NCBI GenBank assembly: GCA_038883655.1
Contig: JAVZLQ010000002.1
Coordinates: 217,625 to 281,624, forward strand
Source of the DNA: Candidatus Bathyarchaeia archaeon
Lineage (GTDB): Archaea > Thermoproteota > Bathyarchaeia > Bathyarchaeales > Bathycorpusculaceae
Reading direction: 5' to 3'
Length of the DNA: 64,000 bases
In this document: piece by piece, positions 27,395 through 38,307 of the stretch
How the letters are laid out: every line of letters starts with the position of its first letter
Position numbering within the stretch: the stretch's first letter is position 1
Notes under the pieces: generated by a model
The model's database searches: none
Told to the model about the DNA's origin: nothing
What the model saw: the letters and a program-made list of their open reading frames with translations, nothing else
Translations under genes and position numbers: made by a program

Positions 27395-29254
27395 CTATTG
27401 GGCTATGATTTCAAGGACTGGTTTTCTTGCAAACCTTACAGCTGGATATAGGCTTACAGCAAATATTGTCACTAAAGCCATGAACAATATTCCAGCAATC
27501 TCCATTATGGTATAGCTTGTTACAAGGGGTTCTGGAACCAAGATAAGCAGCGTAGCCATCACCCCAAACGCTATTCCAACGATGCAGCTTGAAAGCAAAA
27601 TTGTGATGCTTTGCCAAGAAACAACTTTTACGACGGCTTTAGGCTTGGCGCCAACAGCCCTTAAAACGCCAAATTCTTGACGTTGCTCAGTTATAGCTAA
27701 CATCACATAGCCCGCTAGGCAAAGCGAAGCAGAAAGTAGCGAGAAAAGCGGTAAAAGCATAATCGCAGACCAAATATAATTTAGAAAACCGAGACTTTTG
27801 TCTAAAAATTCGTCAAGTTCGAAGACCTCAAAGTAATCTGGAATAAGATAGTAAATTGTGCCGATAATTTCTTCGCGATTGACCTCTGAAACCCTAATCA
27901 AGGCAAGATTGACGCCCGATATGCCAGTTATGTTCTGTAATGTCTTTAAGTGCACATATGTAACATTCCCATTGTTTATTGGGTCGACGCAAACGCCAGT
28001 GACAGCGAAACTTTTGTCGAACATTGTTATACTTTGGTTCAATGGAATGCTGAAGATTTTATGGGCTAGAGAGTCGCCCACTAAAGCTTTATCGAACTCG
28101 TTCTCACCAAACAACTTGCCTTCTAGAAACCAGTTACATAAAACGTTTCTAGGCTTAATTCCAACAACGAGAGACTCGCCTCTTCGGCTATCACCAATAG
28201 AATATACCATATTGGTCTCAGGGTCGATAATATGCCCAGGGTTTTCCTGTACACGTGTTTCTATTATTAGGCGTTCGTCAACGTTGTTCTCTCCCAAAAT
28301 GGCGTTTAATTGGCTTAAGAGGAATTCTGGAATTAAATATTCTTCCTTTGTGTAGTTGAATTGTTCTTGAGCCTTTGTCTCGTAAAACTTTGACAATAAC
28401 CACTCGTATCTTTCACGGATTTCTTGATGAGCTATGCCTATCAGGTTTTTGCCAGCAGCCTTTTCAACCCAGCTTTTGGTGGTTTGGCTGGCTATGATTC
28501 CGCCCGCAACGGAGATTGTCAACAAAGTGAAGACCGTTGCTAGACAAATGATTATGCGGAATGTCGCGGATTTTCGGCGGGAGAGGCTTCTTAAGGCAAA
28601 TTTGAACATTAAATTTCGTTTCGATGAACCTTTGAATTCCCTTTCCTTGCTTAATCCAAGGCTGTACACCAGCGAAATAGCCTTTGCTGGCTCAATTTTG
28701 GCTGTGTCCAAGATTGGTTTTATGCCAAAAATTAATGCGAAGACAAAGTACATGATGAATACTGGGATGATGAGCCAAAAATTTGCTGCTTTCTGCAGAA
28801 CTTGGAAGCCAATTTGGCTCAAAAGCGCACTTGAAGCAAAATCCACCGCTACTCCAAGTATTACGCCAGAAATGCATCCTAAAAAATCTATTATTAGGAG
28901 TTCTGTTGCGAAATAGCCGAATATTAGGCTGTTTGGGCATCCTGCTGCCTTCATGAGTCCAATATCCCTTATTCTTTGGGCTAAGGCCATAAAAGATGTA
29001 AAGGATATTATTAATGCACCAACAGCGAAAATTAGGATTCCGACGAATATTATGAAACGTGAAAGTGCAACTGAAAACCCCACGGTAAGCCTATCCTCAA
29101 CTAAAATTGTTCCAAAACCAAAGCCAAGCTTCTCGCTAAAGAACAGAAGGAGAAGGGTTGACGCCACACACAACATCAAACTTATGATAGTCAGACTCGT
29201 CGGAAGTTTTCGCCGCAGCAAATCATTTACTGGAAAAGCTGTTTCACTCATCAA
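27395..29254 (-). CDS. FtsX/MacB-type ABC permease (two permease domains)
   Basis: RIRDIGLMKAAG and QRQEFGVLRAVGA. Confidence 0.88.
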   Translation of the reverse strand: MMSETAFPVNDLLRRKLPTSLTIISLMLCVASTLLLLFFSEKLGFGFGTILVEDRLTVGFSVALSRFIIFVGILIFAVGALIISFTSFMALAQRIRDIGLMKAAGCPNSLIFGYFATELLIIDFLGCISGVILGVAVDFASSALLSQIGFQVLQKAANFWLIIPVFIMYFVFALIFGIKPILDTAKIEPAKAISLVYSLGLSKEREFKGSSKRNLMFKFALRSLSRRKSATFRIIICLATVFTLLTISVAGGIIASQTTKSWVEKAAGKNLIGIAHQEIRERYEWLLSKFYETKAQEQFNYTKEEYLIPEFLLSQLNAILGENNVDERLIIETRVQENPGHIIDPETNMVYSIGDSRRGESLVVGIKPRNVLCNWFLEGKLFGENEFDKALVGDSLAHKIFSIPLNQSITMFDKSFAVTGVCVDPINNGNVTYVHLKTLQNITGISGVNLALIRVSEVNREEIIGTIYYLIPDYFEVFELDEFLDKSLGFLNYIWSAIMLLPLFSLLSASLCLAGYVMLAITEQRQEFGVLRAVGAKPKAVVKVVSWQSITILLSSCIVGIAFGVMATLLILVPEPLVTSYTIMEIAGILFMALVTIFAVSLYPAVRFARKPVLEIIAQ

Positions 29255-29930
29255 CTTTTACCAGCTTGCCATCTTCCAAATTCAATCTTTGGTCTGCCAA
29301 CGCTGATATTTGCGTGTCATGCGTGACAACAATAAGCGTCTTCTCATAGTTCTTGAGCTGTTGAAGAATTTCAATAATCTTCAAACTCGTTTTTATGTCT
29401 AAATTTCCAGTAGGCTCGTCAACTAGCAAGAGTGGCGGGTCGTTTGCCAATGCGCGGGCAAAAGCTACACGTTGTTGTTCTCCACCGCTCAATTGAAAGG
29501 GGAAATGTTCCGCTCTGTGCTGCAAGCCAAAAGTTTCGAGTAACTCTTTCACACGCCTTTCTATCTCATCTCCCGACGTTCGAGTCCACTCCATTGGAAA
29601 GGCTATGTTTTCGGCTACAGTTAATGTGGAGACAAGGTTGTATGATTGGAAAACGAAGCCTATCTTGTGGCATCGAAAGTCCGCCAAGGCATCCTCGTCC
29701 TTTTCGCCTAGATTCTGCCCAAAAACAAATATTTTTCCTCTTGTAGGTTTGTCGATGCCGCCTATGATGTTTAGAAGTGTTGTTTTTCCAGAGCCGGATG
29801 GTCCATTAATGACCGTGAATTCGCCCTTTTCAACCTTGAGGTCAACGTCTTTTAGCACTTCAACTTTCATGTCGCCTATTTCGTAAACCTTGCACAAGCC
29901 AGAAGCAAAGACAATCGCCTTATCCTTCAA
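29244..29930 (-). CDS. LolD/MacB-type ABC ATPase
   Basis: [25 protein letters not shown]. Confidence 0.93.
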   Translation of the reverse strand: MKDKAIVFASGLCKVYEIGDMKVEVLKDVDLKVEKGEFTVINGPSGSGKTTLLNIIGGIDKPTRGKIFVFGQNLGEKDEDALADFRCHKIGFVFQSYNLVSTLTVAENIAFPMEWTRTSGDEIERRVKELLETFGLQHRAEHFPFQLSGGEQQRVAFARALANDPPLLLVDEPTGNLDIKTSLKIIEILQQLKNYEKTLIVVTHDTQISALADQRLNLEDGKLVKVDE

Positions 29931-29935
29931 GGCTT

Positions 29936-30370
29936 TTAGCTTCCCTTTTCTAAGTTGAAGTTTCCCCTATCTCTCTTTAAAATTCTGACTTTCTCTGGGA
30001 TTTTTCCTTTCTCCCAATCTTTCCAGTCAACTTTCCTAAAAACCCACTTCTTGCCTAGGTGGGCAGCGAGAACAGCATGCTTAAATTCGTTTTCCAGAGG
30101 AACAAGCTCGCTTAAAAATCTGAACAACTTTTCTATTTGCTGTTTTGGGAAGTAAGCGTAATAACCAGCATTTTTAACCTCAAAGGCGTAGACATGAGCG
30201 TCTTTTCTTGCAATTATGTCTGGAAGGGGGCTTAGGCTTGGGTTGCTCACTGGAATACGCACGGCATTGTAGCCATTCTTCATTAAAAGTTTCACCAAAA
30301 CGTTCTCGCTGTAAAAGCCCCTCTTTCGCCACCTGCGAAGCTCCGCCTTATCGACGCTTCTCATATTCAC
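29936..30370 (-). CDS. Hjc-like archaeal Holliday junction resolvase
   Basis: G...E..LV..L, PDIIA, FEVK. Confidence 0.75.
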   Translation of the reverse strand: MNMRSVDKAELRRWRKRGFYSENVLVKLLMKNGYNAVRIPVSNPSLSPLPDIIARKDAHVYAFEVKNAGYYAYFPKQQIEKLFRFLSELVPLENEFKHAVLAAHLGKKWVFRKVDWKDWEKGKIPEKVRILKRDRGNFNLEKGS

Positions 30371-30598
30371 GCCTCTTGCCCTAACGCGTCTATAAAGCTG
30401 ATTAATGTTCAGGACATAAAAAACTATTGAAAAATGTGCATTTTCGTCGATGCTTTTGTATACGAGTTTTTGCTATAAATAACGGCTAGTTGCTCTGGTG
30501 AAGACATGGTTGCATGTATAGATGTTTGGTAATACACGATCAACTAATACAACATAAAAATAAAGATTAGACGTTGAAAAGCTGCAATTTTGAGACCT

Positions 30599-32887
30599 TT
30601 AGCCTTGCTTTCTAGGTTTATATGTTTTGACTTGAACCTTTATTTCGGGCTTTTCAACTAGGCATTCTCTCAAATAATCGTCAAGCGTAGCGGCTGGCAC
30701 AACCTCAATCTTATAATCTCTAACGTCAATTGAATGCTCGTAGTTCTTCTGCGGAATAACAACCTTCTTGAACCCCCATGCCTCAGCAGCCTTAATCTTC
30801 TCGTAAACTCCGCCGACAGCAGTAACTTGAACAGCATTCCCAACGCCAAGGTTTATCTCGCCAGTAACAGCTACATCCTGCCTTATTGGTTTACCCTCAA
30901 TTAACGAGCATAACAGTATCGCCATTGTTACGCCCGCTGATGGGCCGTCAACGCCGTAAGATTGGGCGAAGTCTATGTGTGTTAAATAGTCTTGAGCTAT
31001 GTCTATGCCGTATTTTTGTAGGATTACGCTGCGGACTTTTGCTATGCTGTCCGCTATGAAGCTTTGTCCCTTCGCAACACCAGTAACTTTGTAATAGCCC
31101 TTAATTGGGTAGTTTCGTGACAATTCACTTCTTTTAACCATATGCGCTTTTACGCAGAGGACGCTTCCAGTCATTTCTCCACTGTAGGGGTCCTTTACGA
31201 CTGCTAAGCCGTATATCTGTCCAAGTTTGACTCCTTTCGGCGAAATCTCCAAAAGTTTTCCACGTTCGTTCATTTCATGCTCAAGTATTTGCCTTTGAAT
31301 TGTTTTGCAGTGGTGTTCTATGGCTTCGCGCACATGGCGCCTTTCAACGATTTTGCAGTTTTCGTTCATGGCAAGTGTCGCCGCAGTCTTGATTATCGAA
31401 ATTAATGGTCTGAACTTTGTTGTTAGGGCGTCTCGCTTGTTGCTTCGCCTTCTGCCTTCCTCAACTATTTCCTCGCATGCCTCGCGGCTGAACGGTATTA
31501 AATTGAAGCGTTTAACTTCCTGAGCTATGAACTGAACGTATTTGCGGCGGTTCTCCACAGTGTTTGGCATATCATTATTCATCCGCACAACCTTGCCATA
31601 ACCGTAAATCCTATCCATCAATGCAGGGTGAATCTGCCCAATGCTGTCAAAGTTTCCAGCACCTACAAGAAATGTTATGGCTGGAACGGGCTCTGTCGAA
31701 ACGGCCATCGCCGCTGTGTCACCGCCATGCCACCTACCCCTAATGGTTATTGGCAGCTGCCCATCCTCAAGAACTGTCAAAAGCGTAATAGCCTCTTCTG
31801 GGTCCAAATTCTTAATCTCGTCTATGTATAGTATTCCAAGTGAAGCCCTATGCACGTCTCCAGCCGTGACTCTCTGGTGTTCTGGTGTTCCCAACCCGCC
31901 AGTTTGGTACGGATCCCATGCAATTGAACCGAACAGCTGGGCGCTTCTGTGTCCAGTAGCATCGACGAAGGGTGCGTGTCCAGAGCTGTTGTCAACTATC
32001 AGTTTTGGAACTTCTGTTTGCTGGGCGCCGCCGATGCCTCTAAGGTTTCCCATTCCGCCAAGCTTTGAGAACCACCAGATAAAGACTCCGAAGAATATTA
32101 GGCTCCCGCCCGGAATGAATGTTACTGGCACTATGGTGACGAATCTGTTTACAAGGTAATCCATAAAATTGTAGTTGTAGTATTCTTGCAGTGTTTCTTG
32201 CCCGTAGATGAGAGGATTTATCTCCCACGTTTGCCATGCTTGATAAATAAAGTAGAAGCCTAAACCTAACAGGAATAAACCCATAACTATTAGCATTATT
32301 TGTAGGGCTTTAAGCCCAACTTTCGTGACAAACTTCCTCTTAAGCTCTTTCAGTTGTTCTTTAACAAGGATTTTCTTGCCTTCGCCAGCTTTGTGAATCG
32401 AGATTTTCGGCTGACTTGGCAGAACTGGATTTTTCCAGCACAAAACATCAAAAAGTTTTATGCCATTCTCCCTGTAGACTTGCGTTAGTTTTTCGGCTAA
32501 AGCCCTTCCAATCAACGACTTGCCCGTTCCAGGGTCTCCCAAAAGTAGTAGGTATGGTCCTGGGCTTATGTCCCTTTTAGCTGATGTTTTCGGCTTGTTT
32601 GGGTCGCTCCAGCTTTCATACCACTTCATTTTTTCAAGCCATTTTAACTTGTGGACCCACTCGTCAAGGCAGAGGAAACACTCGTTTAGCGCCTGCTCTT
32701 GTCCAATAACCCAGTTTATCAAGTTATCGTCAACTGGAAAACCCTCTGTGCTTTTGAATTTTTCCCAGTCCCACTTTACCCTAACCTTTTTGCCGTTTAC
32801 GGTTCTCTCGATTACCTCTACATCATTTCCAAAAGGGTCTGCTGGCAAACTATCTACCCCTAGCCTTCTTCTCTCCAAAAAGAACAT
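30599..32887 (-). CDS. lonB: Membrane-bound archaeal Lon protease
   Basis: GDPGTGKS, two TM insert, LYIDEI, DGPSAG Ser and GGVYEK Lys dyad. Confidence 0.9.
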   Translation of the reverse strand: MFFLERRRLGVDSLPADPFGNDVEVIERTVNGKKVRVKWDWEKFKSTEGFPVDDNLINWVIGQEQALNECFLCLDEWVHKLKWLEKMKWYESWSDPNKPKTSAKRDISPGPYLLLLGDPGTGKSLIGRALAEKLTQVYRENGIKLFDVLCWKNPVLPSQPKISIHKAGEGKKILVKEQLKELKRKFVTKVGLKALQIMLIVMGLFLLGLGFYFIYQAWQTWEINPLIYGQETLQEYYNYNFMDYLVNRFVTIVPVTFIPGGSLIFFGVFIWWFSKLGGMGNLRGIGGAQQTEVPKLIVDNSSGHAPFVDATGHRSAQLFGSIAWDPYQTGGLGTPEHQRVTAGDVHRASLGILYIDEIKNLDPEEAITLLTVLEDGQLPITIRGRWHGGDTAAMAVSTEPVPAITFLVGAGNFDSIGQIHPALMDRIYGYGKVVRMNNDMPNTVENRRKYVQFIAQEVKRFNLIPFSREACEEIVEEGRRRSNKRDALTTKFRPLISIIKTAATLAMNENCKIVERRHVREAIEHHCKTIQRQILEHEMNERGKLLEISPKGVKLGQIYGLAVVKDPYSGEMTGSVLCVKAHMVKRSELSRNYPIKGYYKVTGVAKGQSFIADSIAKVRSVILQKYGIDIAQDYLTHIDFAQSYGVDGPSAGVTMAILLCSLIEGKPIRQDVAVTGEINLGVGNAVQVTAVGGVYEKIKAAEAWGFKKVVIPQKNYEHSIDVRDYKIEVVPAATLDDYLRECLVEKPEIKVQVKTYKPRKQG

Positions 32888-33657
32888 CGTCGTGAAATAT
32901 AATAGAGGTTATTTCAAAATCGGCAATATACCAAAAACAAGAGCTAAACTCATAGAAAACGAGAATCGTTTAATGATATCCCATAAATTTATTGCATTTA
33001 AAATTATTTTTCTAAATTAAAAATGAAATTTTTAACTGTTTCAATTCGAAAGAATTTCCACGCAGAAACCGGCATATAATGCCAGAGAGAACAAAAATTC
33101 TAGAAGCCAAAATTAGGCTTAAAACTGGAAAAAAGGCATTTTTATGTTTTTTCGCTTCGCTTACAAAAGCGGATGCATGGACTTCACTGGAGCTTCATAT
33201 AAACACCGACGAAAATCTCCATGCCGAGCGCAGAGTCAGAAGGTTCGATGCCCTTCGAGTTTTCCATGTGTTTTTGGCGTTCTCTAAAGCCAATGCAGAT
33301 GGACTCACTATTTTTCTTAAGGGGAGCTTCAGCTTTCTCTTTGCCGGAAAAGAATTTGCGCTTTGATGTAGTGGTTTTTGGCTGTTTAAGTGTTTGGAGT
33401 GGCATTTTTTGTTTTTCATCTTCTGTGAATGCTTATGTTTGTTTTGCTTGGTGTAGGCTTAATGTTTTAGATTTTCCGTTTTATTATATTCTAATTTTGC
33501 TTTTTGGTTGCGCTGGTTGTATTTGGATTACCTTTGGCTTTTATGTATCACCATTGCTTTCTAGAGTCACCAGCCTTTGCTTGCCGTATACAAAAGCATC
33601 GACGAAAGCATTTGAAAATTGGAAAGTGTTAAAGGTTTTGCCATGCAATTTACTATT

Positions 33658-34206
33658 ATGAAAGCTGGTCAAATTGTGAAAACTTTTAGTTCTAGGGATG
33701 GGCGTCGGGTTATTTTGCGCGCTCCCAGATGGGAAGATTTGAACGATTTGCTGGAGCTCATTAATTCCCTTGTTGAGGAGGACGCTGACATTCTTAGGAC
33801 TGAGATGGTTTCTAGGGAAGAGGAGATTGACTGGTTATCTAAAACGCTTGCGAGTATAGAGAAGGGCGAGGCATTTTATCTTGTGGCGGAGGTTGACGGA
33901 AAAGTAGTTGCATCTTCTGATATTCATCCGCGTGGAGGTTTTGCGAGGCATGTTGGCGTTTTGGGCATAATTGTTAAGGATGGCTTTAGGGATGTTGGCA
34001 TTGGCACAGAAATGATGAAAGTGTTAATTGAAAAGGCGCGTGAAATGGGCTTGAAGGTTTTGGCGCTATCAGTGTTCGCGAGCAACAAGCGTGCAATCCA
34101 CGTTTACGAGAAGGTCGGATTTGCTGTTACTGGTTGTATTCCAAAAAAGTTTTTCAAGAATGGCGAGTACATAGACGAGTTGATTATGGTTAGAGTGTTG
34201 GAGTGA
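33658..34206 (+). CDS. GNAT acetyltransferase
   Basis: FRDVGIG, NKRAIHVYEKVGF. Confidence 0.9.
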   Translation: MKAGQIVKTFSSRDGRRVILRAPRWEDLNDLLELINSLVEEDADILRTEMVSREEEIDWLSKTLASIEKGEAFYLVAEVDGKVVASSDIHPRGGFARHVGVLGIIVKDGFRDVGIGTEMMKVLIEKAREMGLKVLALSVFASNKRAIHVYEKVGFAVTGCIPKKFFKNGEYIDELIMVRVLE

Positions 34207-34634
34207 AAAGTTCCTTGTCCAACTTCAAAATCTTTAACATAACCGTCAACTTCTCAACAAAAGGCGAAATAGACTTCGTGGACTTAACAGGTAAGGTTCA
34301 AGAGGCAGTTTCAAGGTCGGGAATAAAGAACGGCATAGTCCACGTTTTCGCGCCACATGCAACTGGAATACTAATACTAACAGAAAATGAATACGGCTTA
34401 CTAAACGACATAAAAGCCCTCCTAGAAAAAATAGTTCCAAAACATGGTGGGTACGCACATCCATCAAACGCCCATGCACACCTAAGGTCAGTGCTCTTGC
34501 CACCAGACAAAACGCTTCCAATAATAGATGGCAGAGTGGAATTTGGAACTTGGCAATCGCTCGTTTTTGTAGAAACAGATGTTTATCCGAGAAGACGAAC
34601 CGTAATAATCCAAGTAATAGGCAATCAAGGATAA
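34203..34634 (+). CDS. YjbQ/UPF0047 family protein
   Basis: PHAT, NAHAHLRS, GTWQ. Confidence 0.9.
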   Translation: MKSSLSNFKIFNITVNFSTKGEIDFVDLTGKVQEAVSRSGIKNGIVHVFAPHATGILILTENEYGLLNDIKALLEKIVPKHGGYAHPSNAHAHLRSVLLPPDKTLPIIDGRVEFGTWQSLVFVETDVYPRRRTVIIQVIGNQG

Positions 34635-35300
34635 ATTCAAAAAGAATCTGTTTGCGGTGCTCGGAACTTGAAAAATTTGATACTTGATTTCATAAACATA
34701 TTGTCTGGCTAGGCAATCCCTTACTTCCGATTGAACCATTGCGTCAGCATGGGTGGGCATGGCATTATTCAGTTATAGAAATCATTTCAAATCTTTCAAT
34801 CCTATACGTAGTGATCACTATTGTACGTGTTCCTCCTTTCGCGGGATATTTTATAGGTTTTAACTCACAAGGAATAATCGCACTGCCCTGTGATGCCTTT
34901 GCATGCAGCATCTAGGAAGTAAAGTTTTACTGTGCATGTTATGCTGTAAATTCGCAGTTCGTTATTTTAATAGAAAGAAAATGCTATGTTGCAGTTAAAA
35001 TAATTCTTGTAAAAAAACAGAGTTCTTAGTTTTAATTTTTCCTTTTTTATTAAATTTTGAACGATTCGTCTATTTTCGCAAGTACAAGCGAACAATCTTT
35101 ACGAATTTTTATGTCCTTACACGTCAATATATACGTGAAACAGGACACAAGCTTTCTCTTTAGCATGGACTCTTAATGGATATCACAATAGTTTCTTAAT
35201 AGAACTTTTCGCTGCTTTGTTTTCTGTTTTTATTGATTATTTAAGTTTCGTTTTACTTCGAGCTTGCGAAAGGTTTATTGGGTTGCGCCTTCATTTTAAG

Positions 35301-35316
35301 TTACGAGATCTCGTAA
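35301..35316. promoter_or_regulatory. Perfect palindrome TTACGAGATCTCGTAA, candidate metal-regulator operator
   Basis: 16-bp perfect inverted repeat just upstream of dtxR-like/feoAB operon. Confidence 0.6.
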
Positions 35317-35330
35317 TTTGAGGTCCATGA

Positions 35331-35999
35331 ATGAGCGTTGAGCTTTCAAGTGAGGCTGAGGAGTACGTTGAGGCAATTTACAGACTCCAAAAAAGAAGTG
35401 GTGTCGCTAAAACTTCTGAACTAGCCAAGGAACTTAATGTTGTGCCAGGCTCCATAACTAACACTATTGAGCATTTGGAAAGACATGGTTTAGTTAGGCA
35501 CGAGCCATACAGGGGAGTTAGGCTTACAGCTGAAGGCGAAAGGCTGGCTCTGGACGTTTTGAGAAGGCACAGGCTTGCCGAGAGGCTATTAACGGACATT
35601 TTGAAGGCTGAGTGGAGTGAGGTCCATGAAAGCGCCTGCAAACTTGAACATGCACTTTCAAAGGACGTCATACAGCTTATTGAGAGGAAGCTTGGACATC
35701 CAAGGGTTTGCCCCCACGGAAACCCCATACCTGCTGAAAATGGGAAAATAGAGGAGGAGTCGTGTTATCCGCTTGCGGAGACAGCCCTAAACGAAACAGT
35801 TATAGTGGCTAAAATAACTGATGGAAAACGCCAGACACTCGCAAAATTCGCAAACATCGGAATAAAGCCAGGCGTCCCAATACACATCGTAAAAAGAAAA
35901 CCCTTAAGCATGGTTTTATGCGTCGCTGGGAAAGAAAGCAGCCTAAGCAACGAGGACATTTCGCGAATATGGGTTAGAAAAGCAAGAGCAAAGAGGTGA
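35331..35999 (+). CDS. DtxR/MntR-family metal-dependent regulator with FeoA-like domain
   Basis: EEYVEAIY, RRHRLAE, CKLEH, CPHGNPIP. Confidence 0.93.
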   Translation: MSVELSSEAEEYVEAIYRLQKRSGVAKTSELAKELNVVPGSITNTIEHLERHGLVRHEPYRGVRLTAEGERLALDVLRRHRLAERLLTDILKAEWSEVHESACKLEHALSKDVIQLIERKLGHPRVCPHGNPIPAENGKIEEESCYPLAETALNETVIVAKITDGKRQTLAKFANIGIKPGVPIHIVKRKPLSMVLCVAGKESSLSNEDISRIWVRKARAKR

Positions 36000-36295
36000 A
36001 CACAATGGAATCGAAAGACAAGAGACAAGGCTCACCAAGCAACGAGCAGATAATTTCTCTAATTGATCTCCCGGAAGGGGAAAAAGGCATAGTAGCACAT
36101 GCCATCGGCGGTTTCGGGCTAATCAGAAGACTAGCCGAAATGGGATTAACCCCAGGAGTTGAAGTTAAACTCACCAAGAAATGCCCCTTCCGCGGTCCAG
36201 TCGAAGTGGAAGTTAGAGGCGTAGCCCTAGCCCTAGGCTACGGGGTAGCCTCAAAAATTTTCGTCAAACCCTTGAGGAAAGAGTCGAATGGCTAG
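35996..36295 (+). CDS. feoA: Ferrous iron transport protein A
   Basis: RRLAEMGLTPG, PFRGPVEV, ALG. Confidence 0.92.
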   Translation: MNTMESKDKRQGSPSNEQIISLIDLPEGEKGIVAHAIGGFGLIRRLAEMGLTPGVEVKLTKKCPFRGPVEVEVRGVALALGYGVASKIFVKPLRKESNG

Positions 36296-38303
36296 CTGCC
36301 ACACACAAGCGAAAAGCGTAAAAGATTCTGAGGAAAGGAAAACCCTAAGGATAGCGCTTGCTGGGAACGCGAACGTTGGAAAAAGCGCCATATTCAACCA
36401 GCTTACGGGTTTAAACCAAATCGTTGGAAACTGGCCTGGAAAAACCGTTGAGAGGGCTGAAGGAACACTCCACTTTAAAGGCTATAAGATTCGCGTCATC
36501 GACTTACCTGGAATATATTCGCTTTCCACTTTTTCTATGGAAGAAATCGTCTCACGCGATTATATTGCCGTTGAAAAGCCAGATATAATAATCAATGTGG
36601 TGGATGCCTCTGCACTTGAACGCAACCTCTACTTTACGCTCCAGCTTTTAGAACTTGAAGCGCCAATAATTGTTGCCCTAAACCAAGTCGACCTAGCAGC
36701 AAAAAAGGGCATAAGAATAGACGTGCAAAAGCTTTCCGAGATTTTAGGGGTTCCAGTCGTTCCAACAGTTGCCATTACTGGAAGCGGAATAAACGAATTG
36801 CTCTCCACAGTTATTATGGTCATAAACGGCGAGGTAAGGCTAAATCCTTTAAAGGTCAGGTTTGGAGGCGAAATTGAAGAAAAAATCCAAAAATTAGAAA
36901 AAACAGTTGCAGAAAAGCTCGCCCACTTATGCACAGTTTATCCTGCAAGGTGGATAGCCATAAAACTTTTGGAGCGAGATGCTGATGTTGCTGGAAAACT
37001 GAGAAACTATGAGAACGGAAGCAACGTTATAGGCTACGCTGAAAAAATAGCTTCAGAGATTGAAAAAATGCATGGGGAGCCTTCGCCCGTGGTTTTGGTT
37101 TCTGAAAGGTATTCGCTTGCAAACAAAATTGCAAAAGAAACAGTCATAATAGAGTCTCCGCCCAGAATAAGCCTAGAACAGAAGCTCGACGCCGTAACAA
37201 CGCATAAGATGCTTGGCTACCCAATTTTAGCGACAGTAGCGGCGTTAATATTCACCACAATATTTGTCGGCGGAAACATGCTGTCAGAAGCAATAAACCC
37301 TATTTTCGAAAGCCTAACCGCATACATCACGGAGGCTTTGTCGCCGTTCCTTCCCACAGCAGCAGTAGAACTAATCAACCATGGACTGGTCGGCGGTATA
37401 GTCGCAGGCATAACAATAGCCTTGCCATACATAATACCCTTCTACGTGATGTTGGCGCTTCTTGAGGACAGCGGCTACCTACCAAGAGCAGCATTCCTAA
37501 TGGACAACATCATGCACAAGATAGGGTTGCATGGAAAAGCCTTCATCCCGCTAATGCTTGGTTATGGCTGCAGTGTCCCCGCATGCATAGGCTGCAGAAT
37601 AATGGAGACTGAACGCGAGCGCTTTTTAACTGCGTTTGTTGTCATGCTGATTCCATGCGCCGCAAGAACAGTTGTCATCCTTGGCTTGGTTGGCAGATAT
37701 GTTGGATTACACGCGGCATTAGCCCTATACGCCTTTGACCTCGTACTAGTCTTTGTTTTGGGCAGAATAGCGTTTAAGGCGCTTCCAGGCGAGCCGGTAG
37801 GACTACTCATGGAAATGCCGCCCTACAAAAAGCCTTCAGCAAAGCTAATTGCAATTAAAACTTGGAGCAGAACAAAGGACTTTGTTTATGTGGCTTTCCC
37901 AATAATTGTCGCTGGAAGCCTAGCCATAGAGATTCTAGCTCTATCAGGTTTCATGAACTATATGGTGAACGCCCTAAAGCCACTCATAAGCGGTTGGCTT
38001 GGGCTCCCAGCGGTAGCGGGCATACCATTAATCTTCGGCGTATTGCGTAAAGAATTAGCTCTAATCCTTCTCGAAAACGCCTTGCTACAGCAAGGCATGA
38101 CGCTGGCGAGTTTAGGGGCGGTCCAAATGATTGTCTTCTCACTTGTGGTTATGATTTACATTCCATGCATAGCCACAATAGCCGCGTGTATAAGAGAGTT
38201 CGGATGGAAAAAGGCGTTGGCAATAGCCCTTGTTGACGTTGGCTTAGCCCTAATACTAGGCGGAATCGCCTATAGGCTGCTTTCCCTTTTTATGGGCTCT
38301 TAA
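36288..38303 (+). CDS. feoB: Ferrous iron transport protein B
   Basis: GNANVGKS, GNWPGKTVE, DLPGIYSL, EDSGYLPR, multi-TM. Confidence 0.95.
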   Translation: MASCHTQAKSVKDSEERKTLRIALAGNANVGKSAIFNQLTGLNQIVGNWPGKTVERAEGTLHFKGYKIRVIDLPGIYSLSTFSMEEIVSRDYIAVEKPDIIINVVDASALERNLYFTLQLLELEAPIIVALNQVDLAAKKGIRIDVQKLSEILGVPVVPTVAITGSGINELLSTVIMVINGEVRLNPLKVRFGGEIEEKIQKLEKTVAEKLAHLCTVYPARWIAIKLLERDADVAGKLRNYENGSNVIGYAEKIASEIEKMHGEPSPVVLVSERYSLANKIAKETVIIESPPRISLEQKLDAVTTHKMLGYPILATVAALIFTTIFVGGNMLSEAINPIFESLTAYITEALSPFLPTAAVELINHGLVGGIVAGITIALPYIIPFYVMLALLEDSGYLPRAAFLMDNIMHKIGLHGKAFIPLMLGYGCSVPACIGCRIMETERERFLTAFVVMLIPCAARTVVILGLVGRYVGLHAALALYAFDLVLVFVLGRIAFKALPGEPVGLLMEMPPYKKPSAKLIAIKTWSRTKDFVYVAFPIIVAGSLAIEILALSGFMNYMVNALKPLISGWLGLPAVAGIPLIFGVLRKELALILLENALLQQGMTLASLGAVQMIVFSLVVMIYIPCIATIAACIREFGWKKALAIALVDVGLALILGGIAYRLLSLFMGS

Positions 38304-38307
38304 GAAG

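Noticed and set aside
32890-33650. Strand-skewed region with several short overlapping ORFs
   Set aside because: No coherent frame, repeat or recognisable remnant; possibly decayed sequence
34640-35290. ~650-bp AT-rich gap before the iron operon, considered for a riboswitch or ncRNA
   Set aside because: No recognisable motif or convincing stem
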